This document shows positions 17,370 through 25,923 of a DNA stretch of 32,000 nucleotides, piece after piece. The first letter of the stretch is position 1. Each line of letters begins with the position of its first letter. The notes beneath the pieces were generated by a model. The model was not told where the DNA came from. It searched no databases and saw only the letters and a list, made by a program, of their open reading frames with translations. Where the stretch lies: contig CP001848.1 in the NCBI GenBank assembly GCA_000025185.1, positions 2,010,001-2,042,000 of the forward strand. The letters run 5' to 3'. Source of the stretch: Pirellula staleyi DSM 6068. GTDB lineage: Bacteria; Planctomycetota; Planctomycetia; Pirellulales; Pirellulaceae. A program made the position numbers and the translations under genes.

Positions 17370-18098
17370 TTAGGGCAAATCGAACAGCAGCACGAAGGCA
17401 TCAGCCGTGGAAGTGACAGAAAGTTGCGTGACATCTTCGATCGCCAGACCGTCACCAGCAGCGAGCGAAACGGGGCTCTTTTCCGAGGAAATCTCCCCCT
17501 GCGCTTGCGCCGTCACGTTCCCCTCGATCACTTGAAGCCAAGCCGCTCGGCCGCTCGCTACGCCATGCGATACATGATCCCCCTCATGCAGCTTGGCGAG
17601 ATAGACTTCGGCGTGCTGATGGATTTTCAGCGAACCGTCGCGACCATCGGGCGATGCCACGAGATGCAATTTTCCAGGCTCTTCGAGCGTCGGGAACTTC
17701 TTCTGTTCATAGCTGGGTGTCAGCCCTTTGGTGTGGGGCTCGAGCCAGATTTGATACAGATGTGCTTTCGAACTGCTCGACGGGTTGAACTCGCTATGTC
17801 GAATTCCGCTGCCGGCGGTCATCCGCTGCAGTTCACCGGGGCGAAGGGTTTCGCCGTTGCCCAAGCTGTCCTTGTGGGCCAACTCGCCGGCGACCATCAG
17901 CGTGACGATCTCCATGTCGCGATGTCCGTGCATGCCAAAACCCATTCCCGGCTCGATATAGTCCTCGTTCATGACCCGCAGGCCATGAAAACCCATGTGG
18001 GCTGGATCGAAGTACTCGCCAAAAGAAAACGTGTGCTTCGTATCGAGCCAGCCAAACTTGCCACCGCCACGTTCATTGGCTTTGCGAATGCGAACCAT
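17370..18098 (-). CDS. Pirin family (bicupin) protein
   Basis: GAGGAG precedes ATG 18098. Product MVRIRKANERGGGKFGWLDTKHTFSFGEY..., with metal site GMHGHRDMEIVT and ...HSEFN. The 49-aa extension in the track is not protein-like. Confidence 0.9.
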   Translation of the reverse strand: MVRIRKANERGGGKFGWLDTKHTFSFGEYFDPAHMGFHGLRVMNEDYIEPGMGFGMHGHRDMEIVTLMVAGELAHKDSLGNGETLRPGELQRMTAGSGIRHSEFNPSSSSKAHLYQIWLEPHTKGLTPSYEQKKFPTLEEPGKLHLVASPDGRDGSLKIHQHAEVYLAKLHEGDHVSHGVASGRAAWLQVIEGNVTAQAQGEISSEKSPVSLAAGDGLAIEDVTQLSVTSTADAFVLLFDLP

Positions 18099-18210
18099 AA
18101 CCAACTCCTCGAATCGATCAGCGCTCGGGGCTCGGCGGGAACTTGGTAGCAAGCTTGCCCGACCGATTTGCGAAATAACCTCGTCGCACTGATGGCTTAT
18201 TTGATTGGTG

Positions 18211-18242
18211 AATAGTAAATAGTTGATATGTAAAGTAAATAG
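18211..18242 (-). promoter_or_regulatory. AT-rich repeat block upstream of the pirin gene (candidate operator/promoter)
   Basis: An exact 9-mer AGTAAATAG occurs at 18214-18222 and 18234-18242 (20-bp spacing), with an extra AATAG at 18211-18215. It sits in the 181-bp marR-pirin gap. On the minus strand it reads CTATTTACT-N11-CTATTTACT. Confidence 0.35.
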
Positions 18243-18279
18243 CAAAAAAGAAGGACCTCGAATCGATGGATTGTGGTCG

Positions 18280-18774
18280 CTACTTTTCTTCTTTCAGGTC
18301 CATCGCCGCAACCGTGACACGGATCTTCTCGCTCAGCCGAATCAGTTCCTTGATCTCGGCCTTCGACAGTCCTGCGAGCATCTGCTTATGCAGTTCGACG
18401 ACCGGTTGGTCGAGTGTCGCCAGAAGTTCGACCCCTTTGGGGGTGATCTCGACATACACCACGCGGCGGTCTTCTTCGCAGCGGCGCCGTTTGGCGAGTT
18501 CTGCTTGCTCCAGCCGATCAACAAGTCCCGTGATTCCCGGCACGATCGTGATCATGCGGGCGGCGATTTCGAGGATCGGCAGCGGGGAGCCTTCGCCCCG
18601 CAGAATTCGCAGGATGTTGTACTGCTGAGGGGTCAATCGATACTGACGAAACAGCCGAGCGAAATGGATCTCCAGCTGATCGCAAGTGCGGACCATGCCG
18701 AGCCACGCTTCCTGCTCGATCACGTCGAACGGCTTTCGTTTTTTCAGCTCTCGCTGAAGCAGGTTGTCGGCCAT
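18280..18774 (-). CDS. MarR family transcriptional regulator
   Basis: 164 aa. LTPQQYNILRILRGEGSPLPILEIAARMITIVPGITGLVDRLEQAELAKRR matches the MarR winged helix-turn-helix. AGGAG lies 7 nt before the ATG. Confidence 0.92.
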   Translation of the reverse strand: MADNLLQRELKKRKPFDVIEQEAWLGMVRTCDQLEIHFARLFRQYRLTPQQYNILRILRGEGSPLPILEIAARMITIVPGITGLVDRLEQAELAKRRRCEEDRRVVYVEITPKGVELLATLDQPVVELHKQMLAGLSKAEIKELIRLSEKIRVTVAAMDLKEEK

Positions 18775-18838
18775 GGTTGGCTCCTAGGTAAGCGGAAGGG
18801 TTGGCAGCTCGAATCGACTCATCGATCGCACGCTAATT

Positions 18839-18870
18839 AATTTACACATCAATTAAATAGGTGTCAATAG
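18839..18870 (-). promoter_or_regulatory. Sigma70-like promoter for marR with overlapping AATAG repeats
   Basis: The minus strand reads TTGACA (18867-18862), a 17-nt spacer, then TAAATT (18844-18839). Plus-strand AAATAG (18855-18860) and CAATAG (18865-18870) are 10 bp apart and overlap the -35 and spacer. Confidence 0.45.
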
Positions 18871-19075
18871 AATGGCATCAGAAAGTAGTGTCTCATTCAA
18901 TCGTCCGTCAATGAATCGATGTTGAAGTGGATCGCTAAGTGGTTGTCGCGGTTCACTTTCCCGCTGAAATTGGCGAGCCACTTCGGAGTCGATTCGTGCT
19001 ATCATTTTCCCAGCCACGCGGATGGTGGTCACTTGGTTTAGAGGTCTGTCGCACGAATTTTCTCTCCAAAGTCTT

Positions 19076-20416
19076 ATGGCAATCCCTTCCGAAACCGATC
19101 TCCCCTGCCCTGCCTGCGGATCGCTGTGCGATGACTTTTCTGCGAGTATCCACGGCACACAGGTGACGCTTGAGCCCGACTGCCAGCTCGCTGTGGAGCA
19201 TTTTCGTCGCGCGATGGCCGAGCCACTCGCAGCCGATTTTGTGCAAGGGGAAATGTTGGGCCAGACACCGCCGTCGCTGGAGTCGGCTCTCGACTTCGCC
19301 TCGAAAATGCTCGTGTCCGGCAAACGGCCACTGATCTATGGACTGGGGCATCTCACTACGGAAGATGCACGGGCAGCTGTCGCGCTCGCGGAATTCGTGC
19401 GAGGCGTTGTCGATACCCCTCACCTGCCGATTCACAAAGCGGCTGCCGAATCGCTTCAAACGGTTGGCCTTTCGACTGCATCACTGGGTGAAGTGAGGCA
19501 TTACTGCGATTTAGTGATCTACTGGGGCTGCGATCCCGTGACGGAGATGCCGCGTCATCTGGCGCGCTACTCGGTGGAAGCGCCGTCGCGATTTCTCGCA
19601 GGTGGCCGCCCAGGAAAGTTTCTGGTGGCCATCGATTCGCAATCGACCAAGACGACAGCCGCCGCTGATTTGGCGATTCAAGTTCCTGCAGGACATCAGC
19701 ATCGCGCGATATTGGCCTTACGAATGCTTGCAGCGGGTCGTGAAATCGATGCGCGATCGCTTGCTCCCCTGCCCCCTGAGACGATTGCGCAGCTGCGTGG
19801 ACTCGCCGAGCGGATGCGAAATTGCAAAGCCTGCGTGGTCTTTTTTGGCGAGCGAATTCTCGATAACTCATCGGGAAGTGAACCGGTGCAATCGCTGGCG
19901 CACTTGGCCCGCGAGATGCATCGTTACACCCGTTTTTATGCACGTCGCATGCGTGGAGCGAGCGATATTCTCGCCGCCGATCAGGTGCTGACCTGGCAAA
20001 CCGGTTACAGCCGAGCGATTGATTTCGGAGCAGGGTTTCCGCAGTACGAACCTTCTGATCATAGTGCCGCCAAGCTGATTGAGCGCGAGGAAGTGGACTG
20101 CTGTTTGCTGCTCGACAGCAGTGCCGCATTGGCACTTCCACCGCAAGTGCAAGACAAACTCCAATCGATCCCCACGGTGGCAATTGATCCTGCTGGGCGG
20201 CCTCACTGGCCACAGGCGTGGGTGAAAATCACGACAGCAGCACCTGGCGTTCATGTCGGTGGATCGGCTTATCGAATGGACGAAATCGCAATTCCGCTGC
20301 GCGCGATCGCTCCTTCGACATTGCCATCGATGCATCAGTTGTTCGAGCAAATCAGCTCACGCATTCGGACGCACCGCGCAGGAATCGATGCGACCGGGAA
20401 GTGTACAGTGGAGTAA
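19076..20416 (+). CDS. Formylmethanofuran dehydrogenase subunit B-like protein (FwdB/FhcB family)
   Basis: The N-terminal CPACGSLCDD matches the CPFCGxLCDD signature of FwdB/FhcB. The ~446-aa length and molybdopterin-oxidoreductase-like layout also fit. ATG at 19076 is preferred over 19022. Confidence 0.7.
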   Translation: MAIPSETDLPCPACGSLCDDFSASIHGTQVTLEPDCQLAVEHFRRAMAEPLAADFVQGEMLGQTPPSLESALDFASKMLVSGKRPLIYGLGHLTTEDARAAVALAEFVRGVVDTPHLPIHKAAAESLQTVGLSTASLGEVRHYCDLVIYWGCDPVTEMPRHLARYSVEAPSRFLAGGRPGKFLVAIDSQSTKTTAAADLAIQVPAGHQHRAILALRMLAAGREIDARSLAPLPPETIAQLRGLAERMRNCKACVVFFGERILDNSSGSEPVQSLAHLAREMHRYTRFYARRMRGASDILAADQVLTWQTGYSRAIDFGAGFPQYEPSDHSAAKLIEREEVDCCLLLDSSAALALPPQVQDKLQSIPTVAIDPAGRPHWPQAWVKITTAAPGVHVGGSAYRMDEIAIPLRAIAPSTLPSMHQLFEQISSRIRTHRAGIDATGKCTVE

Positions 20417-20502
20417 GATGGTCGCCACGTTAGGTGATCCTCTGTTGATCGTCATCGTGCTTGAATCTCAGCCGACTCACTCCTTTCTCTCCAGGAGTTG
20501 TT

Positions 20503-22728
20503 ATGCCACTGCGATATCGTTTATCTCTAGCTGCTGCGATTTCGCTCGCGCTCTTTCTGGTCGATCTGCCGCGCGCTATCTCGGCGGACGATGCGCCCGC
20601 GTCGCAGGAGTGTGAGCTTCTGATTGTGGGTGGCAATGAGTCGGCTGTTGCAGCGGCGATTGAGGCAGCGCGTCGTGGCGTTTCATCGATCATTCTCGTC
20701 AGCGATACGAACTGGCTGGGCGGGCAGTTTTCGAGCGAAGGTGTGGGGTGTGTTGACGAGTGGACGGTTTATCGCGGCAAGCGAGTGAACTTTCCTCGCT
20801 CGGGAATTTTTCTCGAAATCATGCGTGCAATTCGCGCGCATAACAGCGCGACTTATGGCGTGGCGACGCCGGGAAATGCGTGGTGCGGCAGCGATACGAT
20901 TGAGCCCGCAGCAGCGCAGGCAATCTTTCGCAACATGCTTGCTCCGTATCTCTCGGCGCCACCAGAAAACGAGTCGCGTGGCCAGATCACCCTCCTTGAG
21001 AACATGCGTGTGACTGCCGCGCAAGTGGTGGAAGGACGAGTGCAGCATGTTGATTTTGTCGACGCAACCAATCGCGACAAAAAGTTGCGCATCCAAGCGC
21101 GGCTGACAATCGATAGCAGCGATTTTGGTGATGTGATTCGCACGAGTGGCGCGCGCTATAACGCAGGTCCCGACTTGAAGTCGCGCTTTGGGGAACCGAG
21201 TGCACCCGCTGGTCCTTTCGCCGACGATCGCAACGAGATGAACCCACTCAGTTGGTGCGTTGTCGTTCGTCATTCGAAGGAAGAGTCGATCATCACGCCA
21301 CCCGACGACTACGACGTCCGCAAGTACGCATCACTCGCGAAAACTCCATCGTGGGTCGACTCCCCGATGCTCGAAGGAATTTACGCTCCAGGAGGCTGGA
21401 GCATTTATACGCATCGCCGACTTGTGGATGCCAAGAACAACGGTTTTCCACAAGAAAAAGAGACAGTTTTGCTCAATTGGCCCGTACAAGACTATCCGCT
21501 GTTCGACTTCCCTCAGCGCGTGGTTGATGCGCTCGAATCGCTCGAGCCAGGGGCATCGAAGAAGAACCTTGTCGACATGACACATCAGCAGCGGGCTGTT
21601 GTTTTTGAAGATGCAAAACGACATGCGCTCGGTATGTTTTACTACTTGCAAACGCGCGATCGCGATCAAAAGGTTCCCGCTGAACGAAGTTTCGCTCACA
21701 TGAAGCTGGTGAGTGATTTCGGTACGACCGATCAGTTGCCTCCGAAGCCTTACTTGCGTGAGTCCCTTCGGCTCGAATCGCTCTACATGATTCGAGAACA
21801 AGATATTCGCGCTGAAGATCGACAGCCTGGATGGGCTAAGTCGATGTTTCACGATGCTCTTTTTGGCTTTCAATTCAACATCGATTTTCATCCCACGCGG
21901 CGCAAGTTTTTGGGTGACGATCGGCGCGGACCTTGGGAGTTTATTCACACACCCAACCGCAATTGGCACACCGATACCGACTGCGCGATGCTCCCTCTGC
22001 GGTCGCTCGTGCCAGTCGATGTGGAAGGGCTCTTGGGGACTTCGAAGAACATCGGTGTATCGAGCATCGTCAGTTCGGCTGTGCGTGTGCATGGGCAGAT
22101 GACCTTGTGCGGACAAGTGTCGGGTGCGACAGCAGCGATCTGCCTGCAAGAGAATCTTTCCCCTCGACAACTTGCCGCGAATCCGAAGAAACTTCGACAA
22201 CTGCAAGTGTCGCTTTTGCGCGGCAATCTAGGACACCCAGGTGTGCTGATTTGGCCCTATTTCGATTTGTCGTCCGATGATCGTCACTTCGAAGCGGCTA
22301 ACATGCTGTCGGTTATGGGCATTTGGGAGCCGGATGCTGAATCGCTCGATTTCGAGGGAAATCGTGAGCTTTCGAAGCAAGAACTAGCGACGGTGATGTC
22401 GCGCGTGAGGATGCGCATCAAGCTCCCCATTGATGCGGCGAAACTCGCGGCTACTGAAATTGCCCCTTCGATCAGCGCCAAAAGTGGTGCGACCTGGGGA
22501 GATTTTGCCAAGCAGCTCGAGAGTCATGGTCTTGTGCCGAGTGTCGGACTCTTGCGCGAGCCTTCGCAGCCTCTTTTACGGCGCGAGCTGGCAACGATTC
22601 TTTGGGCTCGGCTCGTAGCGCTGGAAGAGAACCTGCCCGATCTCGCGCACTATCTCGAGGCAGAGAGCGACGTCGATAGCGATGGGATTCTCGACCGCGA
22701 TGATCCGCTCCCTTTCGCTCGAAAGTAG
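20503..22728 (+). CDS. Secreted FAD-dependent-oxidoreductase-like protein (FAD_oxidored-type N-terminus) with a C-terminal Ca-binding-type repeat
   Basis: AGGAG (20493-20497) precedes ATG 20503. Signal peptide MPLRYRLSLAAAISLALFLV. Rossmann-like ELLIVGGNESAVAAAIEAARRG...NWLGGQFSSEGVG. The C-terminal DVDSDGILDRDD fits DxDxDGxxDxxD. Confidence 0.7.
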   Translation: MPLRYRLSLAAAISLALFLVDLPRAISADDAPASQECELLIVGGNESAVAAAIEAARRGVSSIILVSDTNWLGGQFSSEGVGCVDEWTVYRGKRVNFPRSGIFLEIMRAIRAHNSATYGVATPGNAWCGSDTIEPAAAQAIFRNMLAPYLSAPPENESRGQITLLENMRVTAAQVVEGRVQHVDFVDATNRDKKLRIQARLTIDSSDFGDVIRTSGARYNAGPDLKSRFGEPSAPAGPFADDRNEMNPLSWCVVVRHSKEESIITPPDDYDVRKYASLAKTPSWVDSPMLEGIYAPGGWSIYTHRRLVDAKNNGFPQEKETVLLNWPVQDYPLFDFPQRVVDALESLEPGASKKNLVDMTHQQRAVVFEDAKRHALGMFYYLQTRDRDQKVPAERSFAHMKLVSDFGTTDQLPPKPYLRESLRLESLYMIREQDIRAEDRQPGWAKSMFHDALFGFQFNIDFHPTRRKFLGDDRRGPWEFIHTPNRNWHTDTDCAMLPLRSLVPVDVEGLLGTSKNIGVSSIVSSAVRVHGQMTLCGQVSGATAAICLQENLSPRQLAANPKKLRQLQVSLLRGNLGHPGVLIWPYFDLSSDDRHFEAANMLSVMGIWEPDAESLDFEGNRELSKQELATVMSRVRMRIKLPIDAAKLAATEIAPSISAKSGATWGDFAKQLESHGLVPSVGLLREPSQPLLRRELATILWARLVALEENLPDLAHYLEAESDVDSDGILDRDDPLPFARK

Positions 22729-22794
22729 ACCGGCTCGCAATTTGCTACAACATGCTCGATCGATAGGTCGACGAAACTCGATGGAGCAAGTGAC

Positions 22795-24465
22795 GTGAAA
22801 CTAGTGATCGTGGGTGGTGTGGCAGGTGGTGCTTCGGCAGCAGCTCGAGCACGGCGGCTCGATGAGTCGGCTGAAATTATTTTGCTCGAGCGCGGGCCCG
22901 ATGTTTCGTTTGCCAACTGTGGCATGCCGTACTACATCGGCCAGCAAATCGTAGATCGCAAGAGGCTGCTGGTTGTCACCCCCGAGCGATTGCGCGAGCG
23001 ACTGAATCTCGACGTTCGTCCGCAAACCGAAGCGATTGCCATTGATCGCGCGAAGAAACAGCTGCGTGTGCGAAACCTGGCGAACGACGAAGAGTACGAT
23101 CTCACATACGACAAGTTGATTTTGGCTCCTGGAGCGAGTCCTTTTCGGCCAGCGGTTCCAGGTTTCGATTTGCTACGTGTGATGACGCTACGCAACCTGT
23201 CCGACATGGATCGCATCGCAGCTGCCAGCAGTGCGGCGAAGCATGTCGTGGTGATGGGGGCGGGCTTCATTGGTCTCGAGATGATCGAGAATTTGGTGCA
23301 TCGCGGCATCAGCTGCACGCTTGTTCAAAATCAATCGCAGGTGCTTAGTCCGCTCGATGCCGAGATGACAACGCCACTGGCTGAGGAGTTGGTGAAGCGT
23401 GGCGTCGACCTGGCGCTGAGCGACTCCGCTACCTCGATCGAAACTGTCGAATCGACGGGAAGAATGCGAGTGCAGCTGCAGTCGGGACGAGAGGTGGAAA
23501 CCGATCTCGTCGTGGTAGGAATTGGTGTACGACCCGAGAATCAGCTTGCGATTGCTGCGGGGCTTGCGCTGGGTGATCGAGGTGGAATTGCCGTCAATGA
23601 GGCAATGCAGACGAGCGATCCCGATATCTATGCCGTGGGGGATGTGGTTGAAACTCGCGATGTCGTTTCGGGCGTGAAACAACTGATGCCATTGGCAGGT
23701 CCAGCCAATCGGCAGGGAAGGATCGCTGCCGATCATCTCTTCGGACGCCCGGCGAAGTTTCGTGGAACCCAGGCCACGGCGATTGTGGGACTGTGGAAAC
23801 TTACCGCAGCGATGACCGGTCTTTCCGAGAAAGTGTGTCGCTTACGAAACATTCCTTTTTGCGCGGTCTATATCCACCCGGCTCATCATGCGACCTATTA
23901 CCCCGGCGCTGAGCCGATGTCGCTGAAAGTCCTCTTCGATCCTACGAGCGGACGAATCCTCGGCGCGCAAGGAGTGGGGGGCGCGGGTGTGGATAAGCGA
24001 ATCGATATCCTCTCGATCGCGATCCAGTCGAAAATGACGGTCTTCGATCTCGAAGAAGCCGAGCTCTGTTATGCGCCGCAGTTTGGGAGCGCGAAAGATC
24101 CGATCAACATGGTGGGCTTCGTCGCAGCTGGGATGTTGCGCGGAGATCATCCACAAATCGACGTGCGCGAGTTGCTGGCGATGGACCCCTCGGTGCGACC
24201 GCTGGTGCTCGATGTTCGCACGAGCGAAGAGTTCGCCGCAGGGCACCTTCCCGGGGCGATCTCGATCTCGGTCGATCAGCTACGGGGACGACTCAGCGAG
24301 CTCGATCCCACGCGTAAGATCGCCGCCTATTGCCAGGTGGGGCAACGCGGCTATTTTGCTACACGCATTCTGCTGCAGCATGGCTTCGACGTGGTGAATG
24401 TCAGCGGAGGGTATAAGACCTACCTGCTGCACTTCCCCGCCGGATATTCTGCGAATGCTTCGTAA
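22795..24465 (+). CDS. CoA-disulfide reductase/NADH-dependent persulfide reductase-type flavoprotein fused to a rhodanese domain
   Basis: GTG start with GGAG 8 nt upstream. VKLVIVGGVAGGASAAARARR, the redox Cys in SFANCGMPYYIG, a second GxGxxG (VVMGAGFIGLE), and a C-terminal rhodanese active site, AAYCQVGQRG. Confidence 0.9.
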   Translation: MKLVIVGGVAGGASAAARARRLDESAEIILLERGPDVSFANCGMPYYIGQQIVDRKRLLVVTPERLRERLNLDVRPQTEAIAIDRAKKQLRVRNLANDEEYDLTYDKLILAPGASPFRPAVPGFDLLRVMTLRNLSDMDRIAAASSAAKHVVVMGAGFIGLEMIENLVHRGISCTLVQNQSQVLSPLDAEMTTPLAEELVKRGVDLALSDSATSIETVESTGRMRVQLQSGREVETDLVVVGIGVRPENQLAIAAGLALGDRGGIAVNEAMQTSDPDIYAVGDVVETRDVVSGVKQLMPLAGPANRQGRIAADHLFGRPAKFRGTQATAIVGLWKLTAAMTGLSEKVCRLRNIPFCAVYIHPAHHATYYPGAEPMSLKVLFDPTSGRILGAQGVGGAGVDKRIDILSIAIQSKMTVFDLEEAELCYAPQFGSAKDPINMVGFVAAGMLRGDHPQIDVRELLAMDPSVRPLVLDVRTSEEFAAGHLPGAISISVDQLRGRLSELDPTRKIAAYCQVGQRGYFATRILLQHGFDVVNVSGGYKTYLLHFPAGYSANAS

Positions 24466-24479
24466 GGGATCGCAGCGAC

Positions 24480-24516
24480 CCACGATCGATGCTTGGTCGA
24501 TCGATCGTGGTGTTTT
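24480..24516 (+). terminator. Rho-independent terminator after the CoADR-rhodanese gene
   Basis: Perfect 11-bp stem CCACGATCGAT (24480-24490) / ATCGATCGTGG (24500-24510) with a 9-nt loop, followed by TGTTTT. Confidence 0.7.
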
Positions 24517-24546
24517 CTCGCGAAAATTGCCGAGAGAAACGGAAAA

Positions 24547-25923
24547 CTAGAGGGCTCGGCGATATTTTTTGCCGCCTCGTTTGCCGAGTCCGGAGTCCCG
24601 TTTTTCGGTAGCAGCTGGAGCGGCTTCAGCAGCGGGCGAGTCACCTTCGCTCGGAGTTGCCGATTCGGTGGGAGCCACGCCGGAGGCATTTCCGCCGTGC
24701 ATATACTTGCCCGAAATCACCTGGGTCGGAGCGGCTGGAGCACGAGCCGAGCGTTCGCCGTAGCCGACTGGCTCGAAGTCGCGCATTTCGTCGCGTTTGA
24801 GGAGCTTGTTGATTCGCTCTTCAATGCGCGTGAGTTCGTGTCCTTCATCGGGACAAACAAACGTGTAGGCAACCCCTTCGCGCCCCATGCGTCCTGTACG
24901 ACCCACGCGGTGAACGTAGTCGTCGCAGAAAACAGGGATATCAAAGTTCACGATATGCGAGACGGTGGAAACGTCGATACCACGACCAATCACGTCGGTG
25001 GCGACGAGGTAGCGAACCGAACCATCGCGGAATCCGGCCATCACCCGATCGCGTTGACCTTGGGAAAGGTCGCCGTGAATCGCAGCGGTGTTGCCCAGCT
25101 TCTTGGTCAGCTTCTGATAGACCTTGTCGGTCCCCCGCTTGGTACGGCAGAAGACAATCGCCTGTTTGGGCTCTTCGCGAAGGAGCAGTTTCATCAGCAG
25201 ATCGAACTTGCGATCGTGTTCGACGGTGAAATACTTCTGCTCGATCGTGTCGACCGAAACATCAGCGGGGGAGAAGTTGAGCATCTCGGGCTCGTACATA
25301 TACCGCTGCGCGAGTTTCGCGATCGGCGGTGGCACGGTGGCCGAGAGGAGTAGCGTTTGACGCTCGCGTGGGCAGCGCTTCAGGATCCGTTCAATATCGG
25401 GACGAAATCCGATGTCGAGCATCCGGTCGGCTTCATCGAGCACCACGCATTCGATGTGGGTGAAGTCGATCGTTCCGCGAGCGATGTGATCGAGCACGCG
25501 TCCTGGGGTGCCGACCACGACGTGGCAACCTTTTTTCAGCTTATCGACTTGGCTCTTGATCGGCTTACCACCGTAGACGGCGGCGCAATTGATTTTGAGA
25601 CCTTCGGAAAGCTTGACCACTTCATCGCGCACCTGCACAGCGAGTTCGCGCGTCGGAACGAGAATGAGTGCTTGTGGCGTTGGCGCTCCACGTTCGATGT
25701 CGAGGAGTTCCAGGATCGGGATGACAAACGAGGCTGTCTTGCCGGTTCCCGTGCGCGCCTGACCGACAACATCCACCCCTTCGAGAGCGCGGGGAATGAG
25801 TCCGGCTTGAATGGGTGTGGGATATTCGTAGCCCGCTTTTTCAAGCGCGGCCATCATCTGATCCGAAAGATCCATCGACGCGAAGGTGGGCTTGGGAGCG
25901 TCGGTCCCGGTCAAATCTGTCAA
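24547..25923 (-). CDS. DEAD-box ATP-dependent RNA helicase with an Arg/Gly/Ala-rich C-terminal tail
   Basis: Q-motif (TFASMDL...GYEYPTPIQ), motif I ARTGTGKT, VLDEADRMLD, SAT and HRVGRTGRMG. The start must precede the Q-motif Phe, which favours TTG at 25923 (GGAG 6 nt upstream) over ATG at 25875. Confidence 0.93.
   Translation of the reverse strand: MTDLTGTDAPKPTFASMDLSDQMMAALEKAGYEYPTPIQAGLIPRALEGVDVVGQARTGTGKTASFVIPILELLDIERGAPTPQALILVPTRELAVQVRDEVVKLSEGLKINCAAVYGGKPIKSQVDKLKKGCHVVVGTPGRVLDHIARGTIDFTHIECVVLDEADRMLDIGFRPDIERILKRCPRERQTLLLSATVPPPIAKLAQRYMYEPEMLNFSPADVSVDTIEQKYFTVEHDRKFDLLMKLLLREEPKQAIVFCRTKRGTDKVYQKLTKKLGNTAAIHGDLSQGQRDRVMAGFRDGSVRYLVATDVIGRGIDVSTVSHIVNFDIPVFCDDYVHRVGRTGRMGREGVAYTFVCPDEGHELTRIEERINKLLKRDEMRDFEPVGYGERSARAPAAPTQVISGKYMHGGNASGVAPTESATPSEGDSPAAEAAPAATEKRDSGLGKRGGKKYRRAL

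Noticed and set aside
19356-20213. 285-aa minus-strand ORF opposite the FwdB-like gene
   Set aside because: This antisense artefact has an Arg/Ser/Pro/Ala-rich translation.
21331-22206. 291-aa minus-strand ORF opposite the FAD-oxidoreductase-like gene
   Set aside because: This is an antisense artefact with no motifs.
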